Shown here piece by piece: positions 27,797-41,775 of a stretch of 64,000 bases of DNA. Position 1 is the stretch's first letter. Each line of letters starts with the position of its first letter. The notes under the pieces were generated by a model. It was not told the origin of the DNA. It did no database searches and saw only the letters and a program-made list of their open reading frames with translations. The position numbers were made by a program, and so were the translations under genes. Source of the DNA: Eledone cirrhosa (Eukaryota); assembly GCA_964016885.1 (NCBI GenBank), contig OZ024743.1:24862001-24926000 (forward strand), read 5' to 3'.

Positions 27797-27985
27797 AGCG
27801 GTGGATTGGCAGTATCGGTAGAGGGTCAGATACCATGCTTTCCAGCATAGTTACGTCCCTTTACGGTCTGAGTTCAAATCCCGCCGAGGTTGACTTTGCC
27901 TTTCATCCTTACGGGGTCGATAAAATAAAGTACCAGTAATGCACTGGATAATTGCTGGCCTTGTGCCTAAAGTAGAAACAATTAT
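27797..27985 (+). mobile_element. tRNA-derived SINE family 1 with apparent TSD
   Basis: Full head-to-tail copy. ATTATTTAACCGTCTAA occurs on both sides (~27781 and ~27981). Confidence 0.85.
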
Positions 27986-28087
27986 TTAACCGTCTAAAAC
28001 GAAGGAAAACATTTGAGGATTTCTCGACATCCTTCAAATAAACATTAAATATTACTGCGATTGGAACATTTATCAAGATGGGAGAAA

Positions 28088-28203
28088 CAGCAGTAGCAGT
28101 AGTAGTAGTAGTAGTGGTGGTGGTGGTGGTGGTGGTGGTGGTGGTGGTGGTGGTAGATTTAGTAGTAGTAGTAGTAGTCGTGGTGGTGGTAGTAGTAGTG
28201 GTG

Positions 28204-28247
<44 letters not shown>

Positions 28248-28248
28248 G

Positions 28249-28281
<33 letters not shown>

Positions 28282-28290
28282 ATAGTGGTG

Positions 28291-28323
<33 letters not shown>

Positions 28324-28378
28324 TTAGTGGTGGTAGTGGTGGTGGTGATGGTGTTGGCAGTAGTAGTAGTAGTAGTAT
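28088..28378. repeat. (GTA)n/(GGT)n compound microsatellite
   Basis: Read directly from the sequence. Confidence 0.95.
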
Positions 28379-29183
28379 CATAAATATTTCAATTGCGGTA
28401 GCCAAGCCATGATGAATAATGAAAATAATGTATTAATTGAATTATGCTGTTGAATATTAAATTCCAATTATAGCATGACTTGATTATGAAATGCAACTTT
28501 AGAATGAAATAATAGCGGTTTGCGTGTGGGATTTGATTGTGTTTAGTTCAAGTTCAACAATTGAAATATTGGCGTTTTAAGTTTCATAACAAATCATCAC
28601 TTATGTTCTGCTTACGTCATACAGGGTGAACTATGGTAGATTTTCTTTAGCCTTATGTCAAAGGGAAAACTTAGGATGTTGAACGGAGATGCCTGACTGT
28701 ATAGATAGAATAACGGTCAGCCTATCAAGGTACCAGATGTACGTTTCATGTCCCCCTGCATACACTGCAACGGTAATGTATCAATGTACAGCACACTTAC
28801 CATTCAAATGGCTCTTTCTTCTTAGTGTGTTCACAGTGGTGAGGAAAGGAATGGTGAGGCGCAATGTGAACGCTCTTTAACTGACGATTCGTTTAAAAAG
28901 AAGAAAAAAAACGACCCTTAAACAGATGGAAGGCAAATTCAGCCTCAGAAGAATTCGAATTCAAAGTGCAGAGATCCGAAACAAATACTGCCTGGTATTC
29001 TCTCTAACTCTTTAACAATCAGCCAGTTCGCTGCCGCTCCACTTTACTCTATTATAGATATTGCAACATAAGAGCAACTCACCGATCTAAGTACCTCTTA
29101 GGTGAAAGTAGACAACTTGTTGATTAGAGTGGCTGACAACCAGCCGAGAGAGCAGTAGTTAGTACGTGAGATCAGTGTGGGTT

Positions 29184-29260
<77 letters not shown>

Positions 29261-30130
29261 TAAGGTAAAAAGGGGGGGGAGAGAAACAAAGTCTAATTAT
29301 TTTTGCGCTTATGAGGAAGAAAAAAGAATATTTCAACGTTAGTCCTTCATCGGGACAGAGGAAACTGGAAGAAAATACACTACACAGAACAAACTACATA
29401 TACACCTTTTCTTGGGCAGTTTAAGCCTGGCGGAGCCCATCCCTCTCCAGGCCTGAGTACAGCAGAATTCTTCCAGAGAAAGATAGAAAGTGGGAAATGA
29501 GAAAGAAATGTAGAAGAATCGACCTCAGTACTTGACTGGAACTTTTTTTCATCGACCTCGAAAAGATGAAAGGCAAAGTTGACCTCAGTGGGATTTGAAC
29601 TCAGAGAGCAGAGAGCCCGAAGGAATACCGCAAAGCCTTCTTAAGATAGATTGCAAAGAGTAAAAAGTAAAAAATCAATGTAGAGTTAGATCACACTACG
29701 CTATAGCTGACCAGGTAGACTGCACGTTAAATGTAAATGACCATGTAGACCACTCCTTACAGTGACATCTAAGGACGTATTTTGTGGAACCTCGAGTCAT
29801 ATCATTCACTCTTCGTCACTCTGCAAAGAAATATAAAAGTATACACTTGTTTATACTACATATTTATTTACACATTAACACAACTCCGGTTAAATCTTAC
29901 TTTTTGTTTGTTGTTGTTTTTGCACATTTTTCCACGTATATGAGATATTCTAAATGATTTTTACAAAATTTATTTTTATCATTTGTGTTCCAGCCATGCT
30001 GGGGCACCGCCACTTTCTATAGCCAGCCATCCCTGGTTCGCCACTGATGCAAAAGGGGGTTTGTTGCTGCTGTTCTTATTTGCGCTTCGTTTCGTGCTGT
30101 AGGTTCATCCGGGATCTTGGCCAGTAGAAT

Positions 30131-30190
30131 GTCGGGATATCTCATGTCGGGATATCTCATGTCGGGATATCTCATGTCGGGATATCTCAT
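30131..30190. repeat. 15-bp tandem repeat
   Basis: (GTCGGGATATCTCAT) x4. Confidence 0.95.
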
Positions 30191-30245
30191 GAAAACATAT
30201 TGTTGAAATAAATAGTGAAATTAACACAGAATTATGATTCATAAT

Positions 30246-30434
30246 AACTGTTTCTACTTTTGGCACAAGGCCAGCAATTATCCCAGTGCATTACTGGTAC
30301 TTTATTTTATCTACCTCGTAAGGATGAAAGGCAAAGTTAACCTCGGCGGATTTGAACTCAGAACGCAAAGGGCCGTAACTATGCTGCAAAGCATGGTGTC
30401 TGACGCTCTACCGATACTGCCAAACCACCGCCCT
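30246..30434 (-). mobile_element. tRNA-derived SINE family 1
   Basis: Reverse complement of the family consensus. TCATAATAA flanks both ends. Confidence 0.85.
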
Positions 30435-30711
30435 ATGACTCATAATAATATGAAGACAATGATTGAACCCCAGATAAATAAACAAGGGCTCATATTTAGT
30501 ATCATACCATTTGAGCTCCGCTTCGTTTGGCAGCCTAAGATCAATGTCATCTCAGTCCAACTAGTAGTTTATGGTTCACTGATGAAATTTGTGGCATAAC
30601 TATAAGATTAACAAGTGATTAGTTTATCTGGCATTGCTGAGCTCAAAACCTCTCCTGGACAGAACTATAATTAAAATTATAATTGCAGTTAGAACAAAAT
30701 TACTACTCATG

Positions 30712-31006
30712 AAGCACTCCGTCGGTTACGACGACGAGTGTTCCAGTTGATCCAATCAATGGAACAGCCTGCTCGTGAAATTAACGGGCAAGTGACTGAA
30801 CATTCCACAGACACGTGTACACTTAACGTAGTTCTCAGGGAGATTCAGCGCGACACAGAATGTAACAAGGCTGGTCATTCGAACTACAGGTACAACTCTT
30901 TTTTGCCAGCTGAGTGGACTGGAGCAACGTGAAATAAAGTGTCTTGCTCAAGGACACAACGCGCCGCCGGGAACCGAATTCAAGCCGAATACCCTAACCA
31001 CAAAGG

Positions 31007-31008
<2 letters not shown>
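30712..31008 (-). mobile_element. tRNA-derived SINE family 2
   Basis: Minus strand GTGGTTAGGG..TTCGGTTCCCGG head followed by GTGTCCTTGAGCAAGACACTT, a motif typical of conserved-core SINEs. Adjoins a (CTA)n tract. Confidence 0.7.
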
Positions 31009-31077
<69 letters not shown>

Positions 31078-31081
31078 TTAT

Positions 31082-31125
<44 letters not shown>

Positions 31126-32205
31126 TTACTACTACGACTATTACTACTAGTACTACTACTATATGAAAGAAAAAATGTGCAAGTAAATCGTCATCTGAAA
31201 CTAAATATTAATTGGCCGATTGTTGTTGATTTACTCCTGGTCAGACCTATGATGAAGATCGTTCCAGTTGTAACCATCCATCTTGTTATACAAACTATAT
31301 CATTGAATATGTTCTTTGAAATACTCAAGTATATAATATTCAGTGTATCCTTCTCATTTTTACAACGCTATGTTTTGATTTTCGAGAGATTTAATTGCTA
31401 TTTCTAATGGGTTGAGGGACACTGTAGAAGCTCCCTCGTTTACTCGTGGAAATTTGGAGAGTTTTTTTATGTAGAATGATTAGTTAGTCAATTTCGCAGA
31501 GATTTCAAGACTGGCGGAGGATATTAAATATTTTTATTCATTTATTTAATTTTATTGTGTTGTCTCGTATTTTTATTACAATTTATTGTATTTTTTTCAT
31601 TGAATTTTATTCAATTGAAAATCATTTGAATTTTTTAAGCGAATATGTTATCGCATTTTGCTGTTGTCGTCGTCTTCATTGTTATTTTTGACATTGTTTT
31701 CACTGTCGTTGTTGTTTATGTAATTCCTGATTCGTCTTTTATACTTCTCAGTTCTTTCATGATACGATAGCGGTGTTGTATTCATTGATAATAATAATAA
31801 TAACAATAATAATAATAATAATTACGATGATGATAATGATGTTTTCTGACATTTGTACAATGCCACAACAAAAATACGTTTTGTTCATAATGACAATGAT
31901 GATGATAGTAATAATAATAACAATAACAATAATTGCAATCATAAAAAGTAATAAACAGAATAATATTTGCATTCGGACGGTGGCGAGAAAAAAAATTTAA
32001 ATTTACGAAAATATAAACAAAAAAATACGTTGTCAATAGAACCAGAAGGAAATGGTGTCGTTTTGTCTGTTAATGGTTTTAAATGAAGTGAAATATTGCC
32101 AAGTCGGTCATGTTTGCACGGTTCTACCCTGACTACACTGTCTAACTACTTTACCCAGCTCGTCAGCCCAGCCTGCTTGTCTGTCTGTGTGTCTATCAGC
32201 GCTCG

Positions 32206-32215
32206 TTTTATATAG
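32206..32215 (-). promoter_or_regulatory. Candidate TATA box in a non-repetitive, CpG-containing island
   Basis: CTATATAAAA on the minus strand within the GC-richer unique stretch 32100-32480, with a CCAAT near 32471. Confidence 0.3.
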
Positions 32216-32917
32216 GTAGGACTGTCCGTTCTGCCGAAATCGTTCAAATCGACCGCCTGCTCACCTGCTCTGCCAGTTGCCAGTACCGCCCTTGCCATGC
32301 TGCCCGCCTTACCGTTTGGCCCGTCGTCAAGCTACTTCCCGGTTTCCACGGATAAGTTCAACCACCCCCTCACACGTCTTCCAAAACACATACACACACA
32401 CAAACACTCGTAGGCGCTACACATATACACATGTGTGTGTGCGTAAAAAATGAAATAAACGCCCAGTGACCAATGAAGTATTAAGAGAATGGTGGTGGTG
32501 GTAATGGGGGTGGAAGTGGAACTGCAGGCTGGATGAAAATGGTGGGATAGGGTGTGAAGAGTGTCAAACCTATGAGACTTCTCACTGTTTGTCTTTCTGT
32601 TTCGCATCAGTGAAATTTCGACATGGTTAACTGAGAATTGCATCCGTAACAACGCCCTACACCGACACCTTTAGCACTTACACAACCACCACCACCACCA
32701 CCCACTATAGCTACCACAGCTACTCAATTTGCAAATACCCTGAATAAATACGAAAAATCACAAAGCACTAATAAAATAATCACGGGTAGAAAACCAAAAA
32801 TACCACCAACCATAGAATAAGAGTAAACACTCCTCTCTTTCTTCGTTGGTTTATCTAACTGCTTGTGTATATTTGTTGTTCTTGTGGTAAATAAAAGGAT
32901 CGATATTATTATTATTA

Positions 32918-35085
32918 TTGCGAATTGGCAGAATCGGTAGAGCGTCAGACAACACATTTGCAGCACACAATTATGGCCCTTTACGTTCTGAGTTCACAAA
33001 CAGCCGAGGTTAGCTTTGCCTTTCATCCTTACGGAGGTCGAGAAAATAAAGTACAGTAAGGCACTGGGGTCGATTTAATCGACTTTTCCCTTCTACAAAA
33101 ATTGCTGGCCTTGTGCCTAAATCAGAAACCATTATCATTATTATTATTATCGATAGTATCGGTAGAGCGTCGGATAACATGCTTCGCGGCATAGAGTTAC
33201 GACCCTTTACGTTCTGAGTTCAAATCCCGCCGAAGTTAGCTTTGCCTTTCATCCTTAGAGGGTCGATAAAATAAAGTACCAGTCACGCACTGGGGGTCGA
33301 TTTAATCGACTTTTCCCCCTTCCCCCGGAATTGCTGGGCTTGTGCCTATATAAGAAACCATTATTATTGACAGTATCAGTAGAGAGTCGGACAACATGCT
33401 TCGCGGCATAGAGTTACGACCCTTTACGTTCTGAGTTCAAATCCCGCCGAGGTTAGCTTTGCCTTTCATCCTTACGGGATCGATAAATAAAGCACCAGTA
33501 ATGTACTGGGGTCGATTTAATTGACTTTCCCCTCCCCTTCAATTTGGCCTTGTGCCTAAAGTAGAAACATTATTATTGGCAGTATCGGTAGAGGGTCGGA
33601 CGCCATGCTTTGTAGCACAGAGTTACGCCCCTTTCTGATCTGAGTTCAAATCCTGCCGAGGTTAACTTTGCCTTTCATCCTTACGGGGTTGATAAAATAA
33701 AGTACCAGTAATGCACTGGGTAATTACTGGCCTTGTGCCTAAAGTAGAAACAATTATTATTAATATCATTATTGTGGATTGACAGAATCGGTAGAGCGTC
33801 AGACAGCTTGTTTCGGAATAGAGTTACGGCCCTTTACGTTCTGAGTTCACATCCCGCGGAGGTTAGCTTTGCTTTTCATCCTTACGAGGTCGATAAAATA
33901 AAGTACCAGTAATGCACTGGGGGCGATTTAATCGACCCCCCCCCCCCAAACTACTGGCCTTGTGCGTATACTAGAAATCATTATTAACGGGTGGTGGTGG
34001 TGGATTGGCAGAATCCTTAGTGCGTCAGATGAAATCATGGCAGTATTTCGTTACAGCCCACTACGTTCTGGTTTCAAATCCCACTGAGGTCAACTTTGCC
34101 TTTAATCCTTCTGGGGTCGATAAAATAAAGTACCAGTCAAGTAATGGAATCGATTAAATCAACTTCTACTTCCTCTCAACATTTTATTTATTTATTTATT
34201 TATTTATTGCTGGTTTTAGAAACTTATTTTTAAAGTGAATTGGCAGTATCGGTAGAGGGTCGGACGCCATGCTTTGCAGCACAGTTACGTCCCTTTACGG
34301 ACTGAGTTCAAATCCCGCCGAGGTTAACTTTGCCTTTCACCCTTACGGGGTCGATAAAATAAAGTACCAGTAATGCACTGGGTAATTACTGGCCTTGTGC
34401 CAAAAGTAGAAACAATTATTTTTAAAAGGCAGAATCGAGAGAGCTGAGAACAAAATACATGGTATCTTGTAGTTAGGTGCTCACTTTACCATTAGGGTTC
34501 AAAGCCGACCAACCTCGAATTTATCCTTGAATTTTCTGAGGTCGTCGATCAAATAAGTACCAGTAATATACACTGGAAAGTTGATTTAACCACCCCTCTT
34601 CTACTCTGTAATGTGGCAGGGTTGCTACTATGAAAACACGCAACCAGTACACCTTGTAAGGAAGTTCCTGTTAGGAATGGCCGTAGAAGCCATGCCAAAT
34701 ATGGAACTATGAGTAAGACATGGTCACCTGACCTGTCTAACCTCAAAATGTGACAACCTTTCCAAACCAGGCCGCCGCCTCCGACGAGGAGGAGGAAAAG
34801 GAAAAGAAAAAGGAGGAGAAGAGGGAGGATATGATTATTATTCCAAATTCGTTAGATAGCAAGCAGACTAACTAAATAGGTGAGCAAAATACCACGGTGG
34901 ATTGGCAGTATCGGTAGAGGGTCGGACGCCATGCTTTGCAGCAAAGAGTTACGGCCCTTTATGGTCTTAGTTCAAATCCCGCCGAGGTTTACTTTGCCTT
35001 TCATCCTTACGGGGGTCGATAAAATATAGTACCAGTAATACACTGAGATAATTGCTGGTCTTGTGCCAAAAGTAGAAACAATTAT
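32918..35085 (+). mobile_element. Head-to-tail cluster of ~8-9 family-1 SINEs
   Basis: Copies start near 32918, 33150, 33367, 33576, 33773, 33998, 34235 and 34895, with a degenerate one near 34427. All are plus strand and mostly joined by (ATT)n. Confidence 0.9.
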
Positions 35086-35518
35086 TTAAATTCTGGTTTC
35101 AAATCTGTCGTATTCAACTTTACTATTTATCTTACCGGGGGTTCAATAAAAGAAGCAGTAACGTAAAGCTACGAAGTCGTCTGCCTTAACATCCACTGTT
35201 TTGTGATTCATCAATCATTCGTTATCCTTGTGCTTATGTTAGAAATCCTTATTTTTAACAGTAGTAGTAGTTGTTGTAGTAGTAGTAGTGGTGGTGGTGG
35301 TAGAAGAATATTTTTTATTTTATTTTTGTAATTGCAAGAACAGCAATTGTGAAAAACCATGCAAGAGGGGAGCGTGACGTACTTACATATTTTATCACTA
35401 ATTATCATTTGATCATTCGTTCCGCGTGAGCTTCAGACAATTTCATTGTGATCATTTTGTTTTATTCTTGCTTTTTTTTATTTAGTTTTAATTTTTCTAT
35501 TTTACTTTCTTTATTTTC

Positions 35519-35568
<50 letters not shown>

Positions 35569-36022
35569 TCGTTTTTTTTTTTGTATTATTGCATATTTTA
35601 GTTTTGGTCTCTGTATAAATGCATCTCTCCCTCTGTCTCTCCCTCTCTCTCTATCTCTCTCTCTCTCTCCTTCTTTCCATTCTCCATCATTTCTTCTTCC
35701 CACCATCTCCTGACAAAAGTTTCAATTCTTTTTGTTTTGCATTCAAACAAACGACAGTAATTCTTTTTATCTTCAGTTATTTTTTAAATATTCTTCTTCA
35801 AATTCAAAATATTGTTTTTCGTTTTATTTAAATTTAAATCACGAATTTTACATTTTTTTTTTCTAAATCGCTCACTGTTTTTCCTTTAATTTGGTTCGTT
35901 TATGTAGCCAACAGGGTTACCTTACATCCATATCTGAAGTTATAGTAACACACAAATATATGTACACCCATATATGCATACAAGTATGCACACGACAGCA
36001 ATCACACGTGTATGCGTGTATA

Positions 36023-36055
<33 letters not shown>

Positions 36056-36099
36056 TTATTCCTGCGTTAGTTAGTTTTTTGTTGTTTTCTGTTATTTCG

Positions 36100-36190
<91 letters not shown>

Positions 36191-36819
36191 GGATATCTCC
36201 ACTTCAACAGCATTCTAATAAATATTGCCTGTACAGGTAATTAAAGTGTGTGTATACATTTTTTGGGACACCCTGTATATATATATATATATATTTATAC
36301 ATACACATATATTTATACACACACACACACACATACACACGTGTGTCTGTGTGTGTATATAAGTGTGTGTGTGTGTGTGTGTGTATAAACGAGAAGAATG
36401 GATGTCAAATTTAACCACACAAAGAAAATATGGAATATTTACCACTGAACAGTTTAATTCAGTTATTGCAGTTCCTATTCACCTCGTCAGCTGCTGTTTA
36501 ACAAGTGTATTTATTCTTATGGCTACGTAGTATATAGCAGTTTATATCACAATTGTTTTGTGAATATATAGAACAGGAACAAATAAAAGATAGAAGCAAT
36601 TCTCTGTTAGAGAACGGGTCATAGGTGGGGGATAACGATACGGCCACCAGATATGATGGCTAGTTGTGATATAAGCGGACGACTATCGGACGAATAAGCA
36701 ACAGCCCGGACCAACAGCGGTAAACTACTAGGGGAGATAGAACAATGTGTGGCACCTGTAACTCCCAAGTAAACTTTCACAACCCAGTGACGTAGCTACT
36801 ACGAGGCGAGTAAAAATAC

Positions 36820-37235
36820 TAGATTGGTCATGAATGTTGGGTAATGACCGAAAAAATACGAATAGAAGCGGCCGAAATGGGTTCTCCGAAGAGTCTTTGG
36901 AGTAGCCTTACTCTATAGAGTGCGTAGCTCAGAGATCAGAGTATCACTCTAGGTAGAGCCACTACTTCTCCGAAATGAGAGTTCACAGCTCCGATACTAT
37001 GGGTATGTGGTTGGAATGTCTCAGGAACGAATCGCTGGACAGATTTTTTTTACGGGCAAAACCATCCGGCAGGAGACCTAGGAGTAAACCCCGAGCAAGA
37101 TGGTTGGATAACATCCATTGGTTGGTCACGCTTGGGGATCCAGCCGGATTATTTGGAAACGGTTGCTTCTGACAAGACTTTCTGCAAGGAGTGTTTGAAG
37201 ACTCTGGCCCCACGACCCTCCCAGGAAGAAGAAAA
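36820..37235 (+). pseudogene. RTE-clade (Rex3/Expander-like) LINE 3' fragment
   Basis: Broken translation GHECWVMTEKIR..EAAEMG..RVRSSEIR..VEPLLLR..GRRPRSKPRARWLDNI, typical of the RTE ORF C-terminus. Confidence 0.75.
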
Positions 37236-37429
37236 AGAAATAACTGTCATAGAAAGTAGCGTAAAATACCTTTAGATTTTTCTATTAGGGGAATATAAAT
37301 TAGGATGTTTAAATACATACAGGGAGCTTTATAATAAACAGATACACATTAACCTTGATATAACCCAAATACTCGAACTGAAAAATGTCTGTGTGCGTTG
37401 ATGTTCTCTCTCTTTCACTCACTACCTCC

Positions 37430-37498
<69 letters not shown>

Positions 37499-37519
37499 CC
37501 TCTCTAACTATTATATATA

Positions 37520-38490
37520 AATGGGAGCCAACGCGCCGGCCGCCCATCGGTCCTGGCGGACAGCATAGAGAGGTCGTTTCCCCGGAGGGTAGTAAGGGAG
37601 ACGCGTTGGAAGAGCCATTCCAACTTACGAGGCTCACACTTGCGAGTAGGCAACTCCGTACCGATGGTGGCGAGTAGGGAGTTGGTCCTAGAGCCAAGAA
37701 CACGGGCTCGACCGCAAACTTGTCGGAAAGCAACCGATATTTAGAGAGTTTACTCTCCTCGGCCCAAAGTGCTGCAGAGCCTGGATTAGTCGCAGAGTGC
37801 ACCAAGTTGCCGCTGGAGAAAGTGTCGCTCCGTGTGGCATCCAAGATGAAAAGTTTACTGCCGCGGAACGGGAAGATGCCTTCTGGCCTTTTACCATCCC
37901 CTCGGTCCAGTGCCGCTGGCTCGAGCTGAGAGGGGAAGCCTTCAGCATCCAAGTTATGCTTTATGATCTCGTTGTTAACAGCCTGGCGCGGAAGGCGGCC
38001 GGCACTCTAGCGTCAGGACTGCGAGTTGAGGCCGAAAGTGTCTACGGTAGAACCGCAGCGACATTGTGTGGCTCGCAGATCTGGAGGCCGAGCCTCAGAG
38101 AAACCGCGATTCGTAGCTTATCGTTATCCAGCTCCATGCCAGTCGAAGGAGAGGGTAAGGCATTGAGCCAGGCACCATTATCGGGTTGCGAGGCCGAGCG
38201 AAAACATGCGAGGCGGTGCTGGTTGAGCATGTGCGCTAGCCTATCCGAGGCCATGTCGCACTGGATGATATCCCATATGCTTGACGTTTAGAGGAGGAAG
38301 AGGAAGTGGAAGAGGGACGTTTGCAGGGCGTAGTTCGAGCCGGTTCCAAGTCTCGCAGGCGACGTCACGTTCTTTGATCACAGTGGATTCCGTTGTGTTG
38401 GGGAGAGCCCTGTTGATGGGGAGACCGGAGAGCAAGGCCACCGTTTCTAACGGGTAAGGTAACCTGTTGCCCTCCAAAGTCGTCAAACCT
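37520..38490 (-). pseudogene. CRE-clade non-LTR retrotransposon 3' fragment (zinc knuckle + RLE)
   Basis: GAWLNALPSPSTGMELDNDKLRIAVSLRLG..; PSQLEPAALDRGDGKRPEG..DAT..DTF; frameshifted. Confidence 0.85.
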
Positions 38491-40413
38491 GACGTTGCAT
38501 ATCTTTTCTATAATCGTATTTCAACTAAGCGCATTATTTAATTACTGTAAGTGCACAGAGACTCAGCAACTTGTCGGTGTTATTGCTTCGTATATATACG
38601 AATTAAACAAACTGGAAGAATAGATATCGAATATACTACATAAAGAAAATAACCGGATTCTTACCATGTACGAGAGGCAATCTATATTACTTCTATCTGC
38701 ACGCACCTCTAATCTAAGGAAACAGGGCTAAAGTAGACATTACTCCCATTACACAGATAATCACTTAGCCACATCTATGTAATGAGAGTTTCTTTGCCTT
38801 TGGCGTCAATGGTACAATAGGAAAGATCAACGCTTCAAGCTAAATATCGAGCACGTTAATGACTCGATGGGCTACGACTGAATATAAACTTTGAACCAGC
38901 GAGGGATCTTGGAGCTGATTAAGATATATTTACATAGTTACTCATTCTACTAGAAATAACACCAAAATGTCCCTCAAATCACAGCCTATCACCTCAAGAA
39001 ATTAAGGGCCTGTACAAAGTAAATGTAGAATTAGTTGTTTCTTGATCGGATCATAACACCAAAAAGTAAGGAACGAACGAATAAACGAATAATGAATGAA
39101 CGAATAATTAAAGGAATAGAGGAATTGAGGATTAAATATATGAATAATGGAAGGAATGAATAAAAGAATAAAAGATTGAACTGATGAATTAACGAATGGT
39201 TTTGTTGCTCTATATTTCTTTGTTTTCCTGACTTTGCTGATCATGGTGGAACTAAATCTCTATTACACGTCTCTGAGTAAGCATGAAACTAACTAAGATG
39301 AAGTTTTAAAACAAAGAAAAGACTTGTCGTGGCGTTCATACCTTCATGCTATCAGTGACGTAAGCAAAGTGAAAATAACTTTGGACAGAAAACGTAACCG
39401 GATCACAAACTGAGTTCAGCGGAACTTTTACGTTCTACTCTACTGCACACGACAAGATGGCGTGTGTTATATTAGAACACATTAAAAGTAAACACAACAC
39501 ACACGATCATGTACACGTACATATACACACATGCACGCATAGACAGACACAAGTATCACAACTATACAGACACACAATGATCCACACAAACACATACACG
39601 CGTACACAAATGTGGGTGTTTTTTTTATTGAAATATGTTTCCTTCACAAAGATTTATAAACTGTTTCATCGTTCGTATGTTAGAAAGATTAGTTTCTCGG
39701 CGTCAACTGACGGCATCCGAAGCATTATTTTCTTAGTTACCAGACGGGCCCGTCAAGTCAACAAGACAAATCGAGTCAACCTGTCTTATATGAACTATGA
39801 TGCACGATATTCAAAACACAGTAGAACAAGCAAACAAGCAATAATTATAATTTAAATTATAGGAGGAAGAGCAGAAACAAGAAAATATATTAAAATGTTT
39901 GCATCAACAACAAAAACAAGGACAAAATAAAAAGTAAATAAAATGAAAATTCGAACCTAAAATAAAAAAGGAATATGAAAGATTTAACAGCTATAATAAT
40001 GACAACAATTACAATAACAACATTAACAACATCAATTACAACAACAATAACAAAAGTGACAAAATAGAAAATTAAGAAAAAAAAAAAGCCGAACTGAAGT
40101 GAGATTTGTTAACCATAATTTGTGTGGTTTGCTCTGTTCAGACAAGATGGCTGAAAAACCGGATATCTAGCCTGACTTTTGGCGAAGGATTCAATTTCCG
40201 GTAGGCGCTTTCTTTTACTAAGTGTCTTGTTCTCTTGTGACACATTCATCGTTTCAATTGCCGTTCACGAACGTTCTTTTGCAGAAATAAAAGTGAGTTT
40301 AAACTGTCTCTAACAGAAATGAGTGAGGGGTGAAGAAGTTGCGGCTAGAAGCAGAGATAGAAATAGTATGAGAGAATGAGAGTTGCAGAGGGGCATGAAT
40401 ACATCTATGAATG

Positions 40414-40488
<75 letters not shown>

Positions 40489-40974
40489 ATATGTATATAT
40501 GTATATGTATATATATGTATGTGTGTATATATATGTATATTATATATATATAGAGAGAGAGAGGGGTGAATGTGTGTGTTAGGGAGAAAAGTGTGGAAAA
40601 AGCTAGAGAGAGTTAAAGAGGGCAACTAGAGATATATTGTGAGTAAGTTACCGTAAGAAAAACTTGAGTTACAGAGAGAGGGGGGGGATTAAAAGGCAGA
40701 AACTGAGAGAGTGGGTGAGAGAAAGGGGTAAAATAAAGATTTAGAGGAAGAAATGAGTAAAAAGATAGAATGGATTAGAGAATAGTATGAAAGAGAGGAA
40801 TTAAAGAGAGAAAATGAAAGTCTATTAGTATAGTTTACAGCGCGTTTTCTTGAGACAAACATAGTTCATATTTAATCGACTTCGGTATTTCACTAGTTCC
40901 TACTTCGTGGGCCAACAGAAGGATGGCGTTTAAAATCTACCTTCGAGAATTTAGGACTGGAAACAAATAAATAT

Positions 40975-41775
40975 AATTGTTTCTACTTTTGGCTCAAGGC
41001 CAGCAATTATCCCAGTGTATTCCTGGTATTTTATAATACCAGTAATACACTGGTATTATAAGGATGAAAGGCAAAGTTAACCTCGGCGGGATTTGAACTC
41101 AGAATGGAAAGGGCCGTAACTCTATACTGCAAAGCATGGCATCAGACCCTCTAACGATTCTGCCAATAAATATAATGAAAACCATTTCTCTTGATTTGGC
41201 AGGAGCGTGTAATCGATTAGATCAAGCAAAATGCTGAACTGATGTTTATTTTATCGACAATTTGCCCTGAAGGATGAATGGTACAATTGATTTTCGCGGA
41301 ATTTGGATTCAAAGCTTAAAGTAATGAAGCTAAATATTGTAAAACATTTACGAACTGCCTGTAATTATCATCACTAACATAATTGCTTCTACTTTTGGCA
41401 CAAAGCCAAGAATTAACCAGTGCATTACTGGTACTTTATTTTATCGACCCCGTAAGGATGAAAGGCAAAGTCAACCTCGGCGGGATTTGAACTCAGATCG
41501 TAAAGGGACGTAACTATGCTGGAAAGCATGGCGTCCAACTCTCCACCGATACTGCCAATCCAATCATTATTCTTATATAGGCTCAAGGGCAGTAATTTTG
41601 GGGGAGGGGAAAGTCGATTAAATAGATGCCAGTGCGTGACTGGTACATTATTTTACTGACCCCGTAAGGATAAATGACAAAGTTAACCTCGGCGGGATTT
41701 GAACCCAGACCTTAAAAGGCCGTAGTTCAATGCTGCAAAGCATGTTGTCCGGCGCTTTACCGACACTGCCAATGG
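40975..41775 (-). mobile_element. Cluster of 3-4 family-1 SINEs
   Basis: Copies at ~40975-41167, 41380-41562 and 41570-41775, plus a degenerate one at ~41200-41340. Confidence 0.85.

Noticed and set aside
32918-35085. tRNA gene cluster
   Set aside because: A/B-box-like motifs are SINE heads followed by a common core and tail; no complete cloverleaf is evident.
36186-36277. Mariner-like MITE ending GGGACACCCTGTA
   Set aside because: Only one convincing TIR; the left end is too degenerate to call.
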